Source: Chlorokybus atmophyticus
Taxonomy: Eukaryota; Plantae; Mesostigma and Chlorokybus algae
Assembly (NCBI GenBank): GCA_009103225.1
Contig: RHPI01001616.1
Location: 250,640-314,639 of the forward strand
Reading direction: 5' to 3'
Length of the DNA: 64,000 bases
A program made the translations under genes and the position numbers. The notes below the pieces were generated by a model. It saw only the letters and a list, made by a program, of their open reading frames with translations, did no database searches and was not told the DNA's origin. Below are positions 1 through 12,660 of this stretch, one piece after another. Numbering within the stretch: position 1 is the stretch's first letter; the number at the start of each line of letters is the position of its first letter.

Positions 1-1860
1 GCCATCCCTGGCGATTTGCTACGAATGGCAATAATTTTATAGACGGTGCAACTTCAATGTGCTGGAACGCGAGTTGATTGTGTGTTGGTGCCGTTTGAGT
101 TCCTGGGGCTTTCAGATGGAGAGCACCAGCCAGCTTGAGACTAAGCTCAACCTGTCGTGTGCGCTGCGCTGCGAAGGGAGCATGAGGAATGGACACAAGT
201 ATTACAAGTGCGGGACGCAGTCGTGTCAAGCCTTAATGACTAGTGGAACTGAAGGGAACGACCCCTCCGGAGCCGACATTGTGGCCACGGAAATTTTCCT
301 CCTCTTGACTCACTTTGGCGATGTACCCAAAGACAGTGAGCCCAAAGACAGCAAGCATGAAGACAGCGAGCACGAGAAAGAGGATGCAACTACTAGCGCT
401 CTGGTGCAACAACCCGGTGCACTTTTGCCATTGCAGGTTAGGTTTTGTACTCCACTCAAACAACGCGCACACACAATGTACACACTTGGTGGCTCGTTCT
501 CTCGCTAACTTTGCGGGCATTGTTGCATGCGCAGCTGGTAGCAGCTCATGCGACCCCGGCGTCTGCTTTATAGGAAAAACACTTGGACTCGGATGCTACA
601 CGCGCACCGGGTACGAAGCAAAGAATTTCGGAGAGGATCAGCAACAACACAATGCAGTCTGCGACTCTTACGCTACTGGCATTGGGGTGCCCCCCCACCC
701 ACGATAAAGAGCTTGATCGCGGTCACACTTGAAGGACTTGCTTGTGACACAGAGTGTGACATGTAGATCTGGACTTTGAAGGTGGTTTCTGAGTGCAAAT
801 ATGTGTACGTTTGTATTTGGTGAGGACAAAGTCAAATGCACCGGTGACATGCGCAATCCCGCAGCCATGCGGCCGTACTATATACATAGCGCTCGTCTGG
901 TTGCGGCCATACTCTCAACGCAGTCATTGGCGCCACATCTCCGTCTTACCAATAGCAGGCGCCACAGCTCCGTGGTTTGTGCAATCAGTGTTCTGTTGCT
1001 GATTGCGCTGCTGTTGGGTGATATGTGTGTGCTTTGTTTTAACTAGTGCATGCGTGCGTGTGCGCGGGTGTCATTGGCAGCTCTGTTTGTGCCTATCAGC
1101 AACGATGGAGCAAGCAATGTACTTCCAGATGGTGGACAAACCACTTGAGCACTCAACCCCGTGATATGACACGCATGTTTATTCTTTGTTGCACTGTTCA
1201 CTGTTGCAGGCATTGGCCAGAGTTTAGCCTTGTAAAGAACTTGCTGTTTTTGGCAGGCAAAGTTGTCCAAGCATGCGGCATTTGCTGCTTGGACAGCTCC
1301 ACCAAGTTGCTGGCTACTTTGATTGAGTCTGTCGGCAAAGGTGCAGGCTTTGCAACACTATTGCATGCTTGCTGTTTGTTTCCTGCTATACCATGTGTGT
1401 GCGTGTATGTCACTAGCCGTCAGTAGGTTACATTATTGTGCGCAGGGTGCACACTCCAGAACTCTCATAGCAAACGGTTGTGAAACACCAGCATTAAGAA
1501 TATTGAAAAAACGAGTCGTGTGTGACACAAGCAGACAAAATCAACAGCCACAATATGAATACGAGTATGCATGCGTGCGTGTCACCACAACTGTTTGGCC
1601 GTGTGCGCGCGCACAACCAAGTTGAAATGGCAAGCTATATCATTCATGGAGCATTGCCATGCATTGCACACTGTGTATAATAATGTGTACCCGTGTCGCA
1701 ACTGTACATCAAGATACACCGTTGGCAAGACCACTTATGTGCACTACGCGCTTGTCTGAACACATATGCAAACAGGTATTGCCACTAACTACTCACAACC
1801 ATGATTGTCCAAGAACAAGACGTTTCACGTGACTTTGTGATCGGCATGTACTTGTCTTAC

Positions 1861-3990
1861 CCCTTCAGCACTGTGTTGAGTTGCTGCGCGTCTCACTGTC
1901 CGGATACCCTGAACTATCAACGTAATCGTACAACTCACTGTAGCAAGTTGTGTTGTTAAACTGCGAGTATGAAGTGACCATGTACATGTAGTTGGAGCTG
2001 TAAGAGCTTGAAAAGCATTGACAACTATGGTCATTGGCAGCACGGACGCCTTGCGACTCGTACAGCGCAGGCGCATCGAGGTGAGGCGTCTTGCGCACAC
2101 TTGTCGAAGATGTGTACTCCAAGCCATTGCTTTATGGATGTGACCCGTGTCGAAGAAGAAACCAGACTCTTGCTCGGCCCATGTGTACAAGTTGATTTGT
2201 ACATATAGGAGGTGCATGGCCGTATGCGCGCGATATGGTTATTGTTGCGTCTTGTACCTGCAACACGCACACTCAAGGCCAAGTTGCATTCACTCTTCTG
2301 TTGCCATGTACGCACCGCAAGGTGGAGCGCGTGTCGACAGTTCTAGAAAAGTCATACTCATCCACTTTACGGTAGGCATTGCTAGTGACTGTTGTTGTGA
2401 CAGTGCCGCGCGAAGTCTGGCATACAACGGATGTCATAATTAGTAATGCATGATGGTGGTTATGAACCCAAAACATTGTTGCAATGCGGATTATATGCGG
2501 AGCTGTACGAACCTTTGCAGTGCCGACAAACTTTGAGCTGCCCATAAGTAAGCTGTGGCTCAGTGTCTCTGTGGCGTAGGAGGGTTGACCTTGGGGCTTG
2601 ACAGTAGTAGCGTTCACCGATTCCAAGCCTCTTGTTACTTGCGCCAATATCACTCTCCCGGTCACATTTGCAACGGCGTAAGCGAAGCGCACATGCAAGT
2701 TGGCATCCACCTGCTCAAACGAGTGTTGCACTCTTCTTCTATCGCACCACTTGTTGATGATTACTTGGCACACAGCACCAACTAGAGATCAGCAATAAGG
2801 TGTGCAGCTGTGTTTGCCTCACCTTATATATCCGCCATCATATGTTCCCGTGGCAAGGAAGCCGATGTGATGCCCAAGACCGTCCTTGAGCACGCCAACA
2901 AACGGCGTGATATCAACTTCAAAAGCCTTTCACCACAAAAGCAGGGCTGTAAAAGTTGATACGATCGCTGATGGCGTATGCGACGCCGGCAACTCTCGTG
3001 TCCAAAACAATGTGCACAATAAAAGGCGTGTGCCCAGGCACGTAGTGGACGCTGTCCGGAAATGTATACAGCAACTTAACCTGGGAAGAAGAATAGGAGA
3101 CTATCAATGTGCTTTCCATAGCAGCAAGCTCTCAAGTCCACCGAGCCCTCTACCTCAAGGACTGCGTTGCGAACGTTGGTAGGCGTCATCACCAATACTG
3201 ACGAGGACACCGCAATGGCCGTTGTGTCAGTGACTTTTAGACGAGGCAGCGGCTACGTTTGCCATGCGGACACGACTATCAACCAATGAGCAACAACTGG
3301 CTTAGGATACTTTTTGGATGCGGCAAAGAAGGTTGCGGATACGGTGACGTTGTACGTAATGCCACGATTATGAGGGGATTCAGCACATGAGCGCAACTCT
3401 CCATGTCGCTTCAGTAGGGCAGAGCACTGCACATGGCATGTTGTTGACACACATCAGCAGCTTAACGAATGTTCTACCCAGCTAGCATCCGCAATGTCTG
3501 TTACCTGCGTGATGTCGCTGGTGAAGTCGAACCAGTACTTGTCTCTGATCGGGTCAAGCGGCATGTACCTCTCGGTTGGCTTGACATAAGCCGCAAGATC
3601 CAATACCGAAAGAATGTCCACCCCTACTCAGCATAATTGCTGCAGCATACGAGGTGCATGCCCGCCACATGCACACATACGGGCAGCCTATTACAGATAA
3701 CATCGTCAGGAGGGACCCACCTTGCAGCCACACCCCAAAAGTGCTAGGGATGGGCTCTGAGCAGCAAGTTGGTGGGTCCGCAGGGCTGCGCGCGTACTGA
3801 ACACGTGCGGTGAGCTCCACTCTCGCCCACTTTGTACCAACTCCACGGCAAGAAGAGGCACGCGGGTACTAGTATGTGTGTGTGAAGTGCAGCAACGCCT
3901 GTGTGAATGAGTGCCGCGCCAGCAGCACTGTGCATGACAACGTTGGCAGCGGCGTTGACGGCATTGGTATGCATACGCGCACAGCGCAAA
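1861..3990 (-). pseudogene. Decayed PNGase A-like (peptide-N-glycosidase A family) gene, copy 1
   Basis: Minus-strand fragments in PNGase A order: TFGVWLQGG, WFDFTSDITQ|CSALL, TYNVTVSATFF, TPTNVRNAVLEVEGS, LDTRVAGV, EVDITPFVGVLKDGLGHHIGF, QVDANLHV, C-terminal TTCYSEL..SNSTQC, ending at a GTAAG donor (1860). Several stops and frameshifts. Family assignment is from recalled motifs, not a search. Confidence 0.7.
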
Positions 3991-5929
3991 AGTCGAGTTA
4001 CGACACGGTTTCTGCTCTCATAAGTATGTATAACTTAGATTGAACTCAGCATAAGAGAAGTGCAGCACGAGGACTACACCGACTGAGAGCAGCACTTCTC
4101 ATCAGCAGCTCACTGATGACTTATGCACACATACGCAGGCAGCACAAAGTTACGGAGCTAGGTTCTGGCAAGTTAAGTGCCAGCAGGCAGCTTCACAACG
4201 TGTTATTAATCAGCAGCAGCAAAGCCATCACCAGCCCTTGCTTCCCCTCTGATGTCAGTTTTTAACTCATGGTGGTCGTTGGTGCAGCACAAACTGATGA
4301 GTAGGGATCAGCAGTAATACTGTTGTACTGCAGTAATGGTGGTGTAAGTATTGAGCAACACCTACAGCAACAACGACAATACCAGCGACTGCGACAGAAG
4401 CGACATTGTTGCCTTACATATTATGACGACAAAACGACGACGATGACGATGACAACAACAACAACAATGATGAAAGGAACACTGACAGCGACAGCGGCAA
4501 CTGTAACGCACCACAACCAACAACAACAACAACAACAGTAACAGTTGGATTGCACATGCAGACGTTCGCACGTGTGCAGGGTGCAACACTAGTAGCGGTA
4601 CTCACTTTCTGGAAGGTTGGGTCGGTGTCAGGGTTCGGGTACGGATCTGTGTTGAAGAGCGTTTCGCCTGATGTGGCGACCACCATATGCGTGCATAAGG
4701 TCATGGCCAGCAACAGGGAGCTCTTCACCGTGTTGTGGTGAGCTCCACAACAACACGGTGAACGCCAGCTGGCCATAGCCATTCCCACATGCACGCTTTC
4801 CCCTGGCCATGGTCGCGGCAGCAGTGTGCAACGCAGCAGCAGCGACTGTGTTCTACAACTTCACTGAGTGCGCTTCTGTATTTGCGTACAGAGTGCTTGA
4901 TGCGTGTACCCCTCAACTGGAAGTCCTCCCTCGCCCCCCCCTCCTCCCCCTACCTTCTGGAGCCAAGCAGCACGCACCACAACCAAACACGAAAGCCCTT
5001 TTCATACCAGGTGCCTCGGCAGAACCGACAACTTGTCTTCTCGTATACACACCGGCATCATGAGAGCCTTTCGGCTAATGCTGACTGCTCAGTGATATTC
5101 GGCAGGTCGTTTGATTCCAGCCAGGGTTGGACAAGACAGCTGAATGCCGGTGCACAGTTGCTTGGGGGGAGGGGGGGGGGGGTCCCTCATGTGCCGTCAA
5201 TGTATCTATCGCATTTGAGCACACAGTCAGCGAAGCACTCAAAGCCATCACATGTGCATGGCGTTGGGCTCCATACAGCAGCAGTGCTGCTGTTTGGCAC
5301 GCAGCGAACATGTGAGGTATGATGTCAGAAGTGCAAGCGAGCCCAACTTGAAGTCACGTCATCCAACATACCTTATAACCATTAATAATAGTCGAGTGTC
5401 AGCATTCAGTTGACGTGACGTGACTGCCTCGCGTGCACAATGCAAGCAAGAAAGGAGGCACGCTGCAGCGTGCAGTTCGAGGAGCTGTCGCTGTCAGTGC
5501 TTGGCATGCTGTTGATATATATAGAGCATCGTGTGTACACTGTGCATTCGCGCATGCTGAGCAGCAGCCAATCGGCTGGGCAGGGCAACACGCCCTGGTG
5601 ATTTCCTCTACTGACTACTGAGGAGCTGAACACTAGAAAAACCTGCCTGCCGCCCAGGGCCAGCTCGAGTTTTATGTGACAGCTGCCTCCAGCAGCTAAG
5701 CTGGCCCTGGCTGCTTGGCAGCGCCAGTCAAAGTTGCCACAGTTGCACACTTGGCTGGCAGAAGGCAGTGCGGTCACCATTGTTACACTATGCACAAAGC
5801 ACCTAAGCTTCAAGGTGAAAAAAGGCTCACACAGCAGTCTATAGCACGAGAGTCTACAGCAAGCGACTTATTGCAGCTGCGATAACCAGTGCCGAAGTCT
5901 ATACTGCGCACAACGCACAACACATGCGC

Positions 5930-6270
5930 ACAAAGCTAGTACCTCCCCCCTCCATACCTCCGGCTGGGCAGCTTTACCGCCCTGGTGCTTGGTGTTCTCG
6001 GCAGCTTTGGCGCCGTCGTTGTCGCTCTGTGCGCTGTTGGCAAGAGGGCATGACGGCATGCAGGAGATTTTCAACCCCTGAGCAGCCAGCTGGCTGCCGC
6101 CACCTTTGGAGGTTTGAGCTTTAGGGCGATGAACGCGCTGTTGTAGGGGCAGTGGCTGGGCATTGGGTTGATCGTCGACAACACCAACATATTGGACGTC
6201 GTACGCCAGCACGATGCGGAAGAAGAAGGCCCTGCGCGCCCATTGCGGGCTTTCGCAATGCTTGCAGAAT
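5930..6270 (+). pseudogene. Possible decayed membrane-protein exon (unidentified)
   Basis: One frame reads YLRLGSFTALVLGVLGSFGAVVVALCAVGKRA*..LAAATFGGLSFRAMNALL*GQWLGIGLIV (hydrophobic stretches, internal stops). A homologous segment lies on the opposite strand at ~7560-7880. Confidence 0.25.
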
Positions 6271-7933
6271 GCTGTCTGAAGTGTGTTTTTGGTTGGGTTG
6301 TTGGTTGTGACGCCTGCATGCTGCATGTTGAGAGAGCATGCTGCATGCTGTTCAAGCGGTGTGGTGGTGGCTGTTGATTTATTCAAGATTTTGCTGATTT
6401 GCATGCATCTCAAACTGTAGCGCTTTTTGTGTTGTTGTGTATTGTATTTGTATGTTGCCAACGCCGTTATGGCACATGGTTTGTGATGTTGTACTGTTCG
6501 GCATTGGTGTCACACGATTATTCAGTTAAATATTATATGTTCATATGACATTATACGCAACAAGCTCAAGAGTATCGCAAGAGAAGCAATTCTAGATGCC
6601 GAGCTTTGTCAAGGTTGCCTAATTATTTCTATTACAAGCATGATTGAAAAAAAACGAGGCATATGTCGGGTATACGTATCATTTTATTCATAATCTAACT
6701 TCTGCGGTGCTTAACAACCGCTGAAGTAAGATTATTGATACTATGATATGCATACAGCGTTGTTTGTTGGAAGCAACTTTACATTAACTACCAGCTATAG
6801 GTGATACGCGCTAAGAAGTAACAAGTACTTCTTTGGGAAAGTCTCTTTTTGAACTAATTGGTGGCCAAAGTTCAGCCCAAAAATGTTTGCCATGAAGTTG
6901 AAAAAGCTTCTTTATAATAGAAGCTTTTTGTTGAACAGCTGGTGGGTGATGTTGGCTTTAATATAAGGCAGCTCGTTTAAAATATTTTTCAACACCGCCA
7001 TCATAACGATAATATCTGCACCTTTGAAAAAGCTTTGCTTATAACCAAGCTTGCTACTACTTTCTTTTGCGTGAATTGCAAGCCCTTACATATTATGACT
7101 TTTCATACGAGGTAATAACACTATCAACCAGCTTTGCCAATAAGCTATGGTTGCAATGGGTTTATTATTATGTGTCATTACTGTCACCGGTGTCAATGTT
7201 TATTGACTTTCGACTATTTGTATCAAAGAATCGTTTCGAGAGTTTTTGTCTATGACTTATCTGTGAGTTTAGCATCAACACTTTTTTTCACATGCTGAAT
7301 TCAATGCGGTTGATGGGTTATACAGCACGGGTCTTTTGCTTGGGAACACTTGTTCGCCGTTTTATTTCCTTTGTTTGAGCGCGAATGACAGCAACAACAT
7401 AAACATCACGGGGAGCTTCAACTACATGCAGATCAGCCTAGCCAACAACTCATCACCGCACCGTTGCCTTCCAAACAGCATGCTGCATGCTGTGACAACA
7501 TTGTCGTCACAGCATGCAGTGCAATGTCACCAAACCACCAAAACTCACAACTCACCGTTCAGCAAGCCTGCAAAGGGCGTGCAGCCTCCATGGTGCAGGG
7601 CCTGCCTCCGCATGGCACACGACGTCCTCGTTGCAATTGTTGTCGACGATTGCCCTAATGCCCGGCCCCTGCCCTTCATAGAGTAGATCCACTGCCGTGA
7701 AGCTCAACCCTGTAATGATGGCGGCAGCGAGCTACCATTGGAGGGGTTTTAGCTCAAGCGCTAGAGAACTCCTGCATGCCGTTATGCGCTTGCAAACAGC
7801 GCACAGAGCAACAACGACGGCGCCAAAGCTGCCGAGAACATCAACCACCAGGGTGGTGAAGCTGCCCACCCGGAGGTATGAAGTGGCCACTGCTTGCCTC
7901 TCATGGGAGGCAAGCTTACCCCGGGTAAGCTAA

Positions 7934-8002
7934 AAGGTGGAGCCAGCAGCCTTTCTCTAGCCAAAGGCCCTTTGGCTAGAGAAAGGCTGCTGGCTCCACC
8001 TT
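7934..8002. mobile_element. 69-bp perfect hairpin (mini-MITE-like insertion)
   Basis: Perfect 34-bp arms AAGGTGGAGCCAGCAGCCTTTCTCTAGCCAAAGG with a 1-nt loop, CTAA on both sides, and absent from the paralogous left arm. Confidence 0.6.
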
Positions 8003-10013
8003 CTAAACTGGCATTGGCTGCCCAGCAGTGTGTCCAGGCGGTGGAGGCGGCTGTTGCATGCAACTTGAGCCAGCCCTATGGTGGCAGGTACGTTTTGTTT
8101 GGTGCGGTCAATTGCGCATGGGGCACTTTCAGCGTGCCTGATGCTCACCTGCAAGCAGTACTCAGCTCCTCTGCAACAGCGACTGCTGAGGAGTTCAGCA
8201 GGGGCCTGTTTCGCTGATCAGCCAATGGGCCCGCTGCTCAGCATGTGTGACAAATTGTATATATATATATTGCTATGTAGCAACAATAGAATGCCAAGCA
8301 TTGACAGCGACAGCCCCTGAAACTGAACGCTTTGTTGCAGTGTGCTTGCTTTCTTGGGTTGTGTACGCAGAGGAACGTATGTCACGTCAACGTGACCATA
8401 ACACGAGTGTTAACGTTACAGTTCTGCTTGATTGTGCTCATTGGCGGTTTAAGCTCGCTTGTAATTATTCAGATGTGCTGCACATGCATATTCGCTGCTT
8501 GACATACCATAGCGGCACTGTTGCCAATTGTAACACATCGTTAGTTGATGGCTTTGGGTTCCAGTCATTAGTCTTCCGCACACGAGTACAGGGGCAGTCA
8601 CTGATTGTGTGCTCATGTGCAAAAATTCATTAACTGTGCATGAGGACCCCCAAAGCAACTGAGCAGCATCTGCATGCAGCTGTCTAGTCCAACCTTGCTG
8701 GCTCAACAATTACCTGCCCGGCACCGGGCGTTGCACTGTGCATTCACCATAGCGTATGCCGGATCCTCTCACGATAACTATGTGCTGTGCACATGTCAGC
8801 TCTGCTGACGCATCTGGTGTGAACAGGGCTTTTGTGTGTGGTTGTGGCGCGTGCTGCTTGGCCCTTGGGGGAGGTGGGGGACGTGCAGTTGAGGGGTGAA
8901 CACATGCAAAGCACTCTGCACGCAATGACATAAGCGCACTCAGCGAAGTTGTAGGACATAGTCACTGCTGCTGCGTTGCAAATTGCATACAGCTGCCGCG
9001 GCTATGGCCAGGGGGAAGCTTCCCCCTTAAGCGTACAATTGGGCATGGCTATGGCCAGCTGGTGGCGGTCGCCTTGTTATTGTGAACTTCACTGTTGCTG
9101 GCCATGGCCTTATGCACGCGTATAACGGTTGCCACATGCGAGACGCCCTTCAATACCGACCCGTGGCCGAACTCTGACGTCGACCCAAGTTTTTGAAAAG
9201 GTGGATATTACCAATAGTGCTGCACCCTACATGTACGTACGTCTACATATGCAGCGCGAATATACTCCCATTGCTTTTGTCGGTAGTATGATTGCTGTCA
9301 CTGCCCATGTGCCTACAATTGTTTCTTACGGTTGTTGTTGTTAGGCAACACCTTGGTCGACCTTGTCACTTCTGTTGCGGTAGCTGTTAATGTTGTCTTA
9401 ATTGTCGTTGTTGCTGTATGAGGTTGCTGGGGTCAACACCTACAACATACTACTGCTAGTAGTTTCCCAGCTAGTCCATGTTTATCAAAGGGGGAAGAAA
9501 GACTGGTGATGGCTTTGCTGCTGCTCCTCATACATCACACTATGCTGCGTGCTGGCACTTAACGCCACAATCTAGAGACAACTTTCACTCATGCATGTGT
9601 ACATAAGCCTTCGTTGAATTCTTGATGAGAACTGCTGCTCCCACTGAAAGTATACGCACTTCTCGTATAATTTTCTTTACTGGAGTCGACGTCGTGTTGT
9701 AACTCAACTCGACTTGCACTGTTGCATATACATACAAATGCAAGAGTGGTACTTGCCGAGGCCGTCAACGCCGCTGTCGACAAAATCGTGCAGCGTGCTG
9801 CTAGCTCAGCACTCATTCACACAGGCGTCGCTGCAGTTCGTGCACATGTACTCATATCCGGGTGCCTCTCTCTCTTGCCGTGGAGTTGGCACAAAGTGGG
9901 CGCGAGTGGACCTCATTGCACGCGTTTAGTACATGCGCAGCCTCGCGGATCGCGGATGCCACCAAATTGCGTTACAAGCTCTGTGTACAAACCCATCACT
10001 TTCGGCGTGTGGC

Positions 10014-10352
10014 TGTTACGGAGTGCTACCTCTACAGAGGTTCCCCGCCCTTATTTAGGATTAAATAAGGGTCCCAACGGGTATATACAGCCAATTAAGC
10101 CGTATTAGGGCCGTTAACCTAGTGTTAAGACCCTAATGTAGTGTTATTTAACTGTAACACTGATATCGACATGAGACATGAGTCTCATGTCGATATCAGT
10201 TGTATGGCGGCACTGCTAACGCAGCAGCCGCCATAGCCAGGGGATCTTCTGCTTCGGCAGTTGCCCCTGGCGGCGGCGGTGTGGTCGGCGTGGCTGGTGG
10301 TGGTGTTGGGGTAGGGGATTAAAGGGAGGAGGTAGCACCCCCTCACCTTACA
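10014..10352 (+). repeat. 5' LTR of chromovirus 1
   Basis: TGTTAC...CTTACA, 339 bp. About 11 mismatches to the 3' LTR by manual count (~97% identity). Confidence 0.95.
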
Positions 10353-10353
10353 T

Positions 10354-10365
10354 TGGTATCGGAGC
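10354..10365 (+). promoter_or_regulatory. Primer-binding site, initiator tRNA-Met type
   Basis: TGGTATCGGAGC, 1 nt after the LTR; one base differs from the canonical plant TGGTATCAGAGC. Confidence 0.85.
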
Positions 10366-11192
10366 GCGGGCGGCAAGGGGCCTGTGGGAGGGGCGGCGGC
10401 AGGCTGCAGGGGCGGCGGCAGGCGGCAGGGGCAGGCGGCAGGCGGCGGCAGGCGGCAGCGACATTAAACTAGTGGTAGTTAAAGTGTTTTATGTTTTAAC
10501 TATAATAGTTAAGCGCTGCTGCTGGTGCCTAGCCTAGCCTAGCCTAGCCTAGCTTGCCATGCCATGCATGCCATGCCTAGCCTAGCATGCCTGTCCTAGT
10601 CTAGTTTGTTATTGTGTGAAGGGAGCCGGCCATTCAGGCCTGTCCCTGAAGCATTGCATTGCAGCACAACACATAGTAAACATACATTGATTGTATTATA
10701 TTGTGTGTGTACCACCACGTGGATTCGTGGTGGTGTAAGGGTTTTTCTATTAATTTGAAAATTCCCTTGGGGGGGGCAGTTCGGTGGCAACATCGACTGT
10801 CTCAGTGCCGCCATTTTGTGCGGTGAGGCCGCCAGACTTTTCTGAGCGGCCGATATCAAACTCACCATTCACAACTGGTCGATATCGGCCTGTAACGTCG
10901 ATTTGACGAGATTTTGGCACCCTAAGTGTCAACCACAGTTGTGAATTGTGCTGGGTTGTACAAAGTGAAAACTTTGAGAAATCATAACTCGTGAACCGTC
11001 GCGTGGATTCGCGCACGGTTTGTTGCAGAGTGAGTGTCTAGTTGAGAGGTGTGTGGAGAGCTCTTTTGGGGCTGTATGCTCCATTGTAACGCCTCAAAAC
11101 TTGACGAGACAAAATTATTAGATTTTGCCTGTATTGCAGTGCACAATGAGTACTGAGTACTTGTGCACTTGCTAACGGCTGTCTTTGGGCAG

Positions 11193-12660
11193 ATGTCTGA
11201 CCAAGGAGAGGGAGGTGAGAAGTACTTTACCGTCCCTGACTCATCGTCATCATACGAACCATCAAGTGATGACAAAGTGAGAGACTCGGACACGAGTGAG
11301 AGCTACAAGCTCACTGAGAGTGACAAGGAGGAAGCTGCGCAGGATAGCGAAGCTTCTCCCGATCAATCTACTCAGAGTGGGCCAGCTACAATGGACACAC
11401 AGTCTGTCATTGGTGGGGCTATTGAGAAGTATGCGCGAGAGCGCAAAGCCTTGATCGATGCTCACCCACAGCTTCGTCAGGAAGTGTGGGATGCATGGGC
11501 ACAAAAGGTTCGTGATAGCTATGCAACAGATTTTGCCACTCTCCCTCGCGCAAGCAAGGAGATGGTGATCCGCATGATTGAGCACGAGATGACGAACAAT
11601 GTTCCGCCACTCGTGCGCGGTGATCCGAAGGTGGCTGCTCTGATGGCTGTTTACAATAAGCCTCTCCCTTACCAAGGCAAGCGAATGGCGTTTGAGACTT
11701 TGGCCAACTTGGGAGTGGAAACCTCACAGCGTTGCAAGGACGTGTTCTGGTACTTGGGACCTAACTTGGAAGACAAGTTGACTGGCCGAGTGCAGTTGAC
11801 GGCACGCCTCGATGCTATGCAGTCTGAGTTGGTGGCGCTGCGCCAACAGGTGGCGGGTGCTACTTCAGCAGCTGGAGCATCAGCGGGGCTGCCGGTTACA
11901 GCACTGAACAAGCCTGAGAAGTTCAAGCCCAACGGCAGTGTCAGCATCCATGATTGGGTGGTCACTGTTGAGCACTACTTGACAGCACTGAAGCGACCAG
12001 TTGGCGAGCACATTGCTGTTGCTGAGTTGCTCATGCCATCTGACGCTCTCGCCGAGTGGGCGAGGCAGACAGAGGATGGTGCGGCCAAGACAGTGGAGGC
12101 ACTATTCAAGTTCCTTGTGGAGCGCTATGGTGGCATGGATCCAGCTACTCAGGCTCGCAACAAGCTCAACAAGCTGCGACAGAATGGCCGGACGGCTTCA
12201 GTCTATCTGCAGTAGTTCCAAGCGTTGGTGGGTCGCGTGCACAGTGGCCTCATGCCCATGGACAAGGCTGAGCAGTTTAAGTTGTACAAACGCGGCTTGG
12301 ATGCGCGTGTGCGCGATCAGCTGCAATACAACACGGCAACGGGACTTCCTTGGGTTCCTGAGGACTTGGCCCAGCTGCAGAAGCTAAGCGTGTATCTGTA
12401 CAGCGATGACACGGCGGTGCAGGAAAAGACACATGTGGCAGCTGCGGCCAAGCCGCACGGGGTGGGAGGAAAGCGTTACCCTCAGCCGAGTGCGCACACG
12501 GCAAAGAAGGCGAAGACATTCACGCCTCCTACCGGTGGCACATCTGCTGGTGGTGCTACACCCGCTGCGGCTCGCACCTGTTACGTATGTCACCAGCCGG
12601 GTCACATTGCGAAGAACTGCCCCGCCAAGAAGGGCAAGGCCAAGAAGGTTGAATGGGATT
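11193..12660 (+). pseudogene. gag: Gag of chromovirus 1 (internal TAG at ~12213)
   Basis: Retrotransposon gag segment (ARNKLNKLRQNGR) and CCHC knuckle CYVCHQPGHIAKNC. YLQ*FQ corresponds to YLQEFQ in copy 2. Confidence 0.9.

Larger units (their letters stand above)
1750..6450 (-). repeat. Left arm of an old inverted (head-to-head) segmental duplication
   Basis: The reverse complement aligns by eye with ~7400-10013 plus 17436-19400 (e.g. 4690-5400 vs 8620-9130; 5400-5600 vs 8200-8400; 5900-6400 vs 7450-7900). The arms are separated by an AT-rich spacer at ~6450-7350. Confidence 0.8.

Noticed and set aside
59-1046. Cys-containing ORFs at the window start as a real gene
   Set aside because: No recognisable motif; frames are broken and upstream context is missing. 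It may be a decayed exon set but cannot be supported.
1861-3990. Cys/Tyr-rich fragments as a viral env or HAP2-like fusogen
   Set aside because: The motif order (GVWL, NAVLEV, DITPF.G.L.DG, DANLH) fits PNGase A, and spliceosomal introns are present.
6901-6929. Hairpin AAAAAGCTTCT-ttataat-AGAAGCTTTTT as a terminator
   Set aside because: Eukaryotic AT-rich context with no adjacent gene; probably a transposon remnant or chance.
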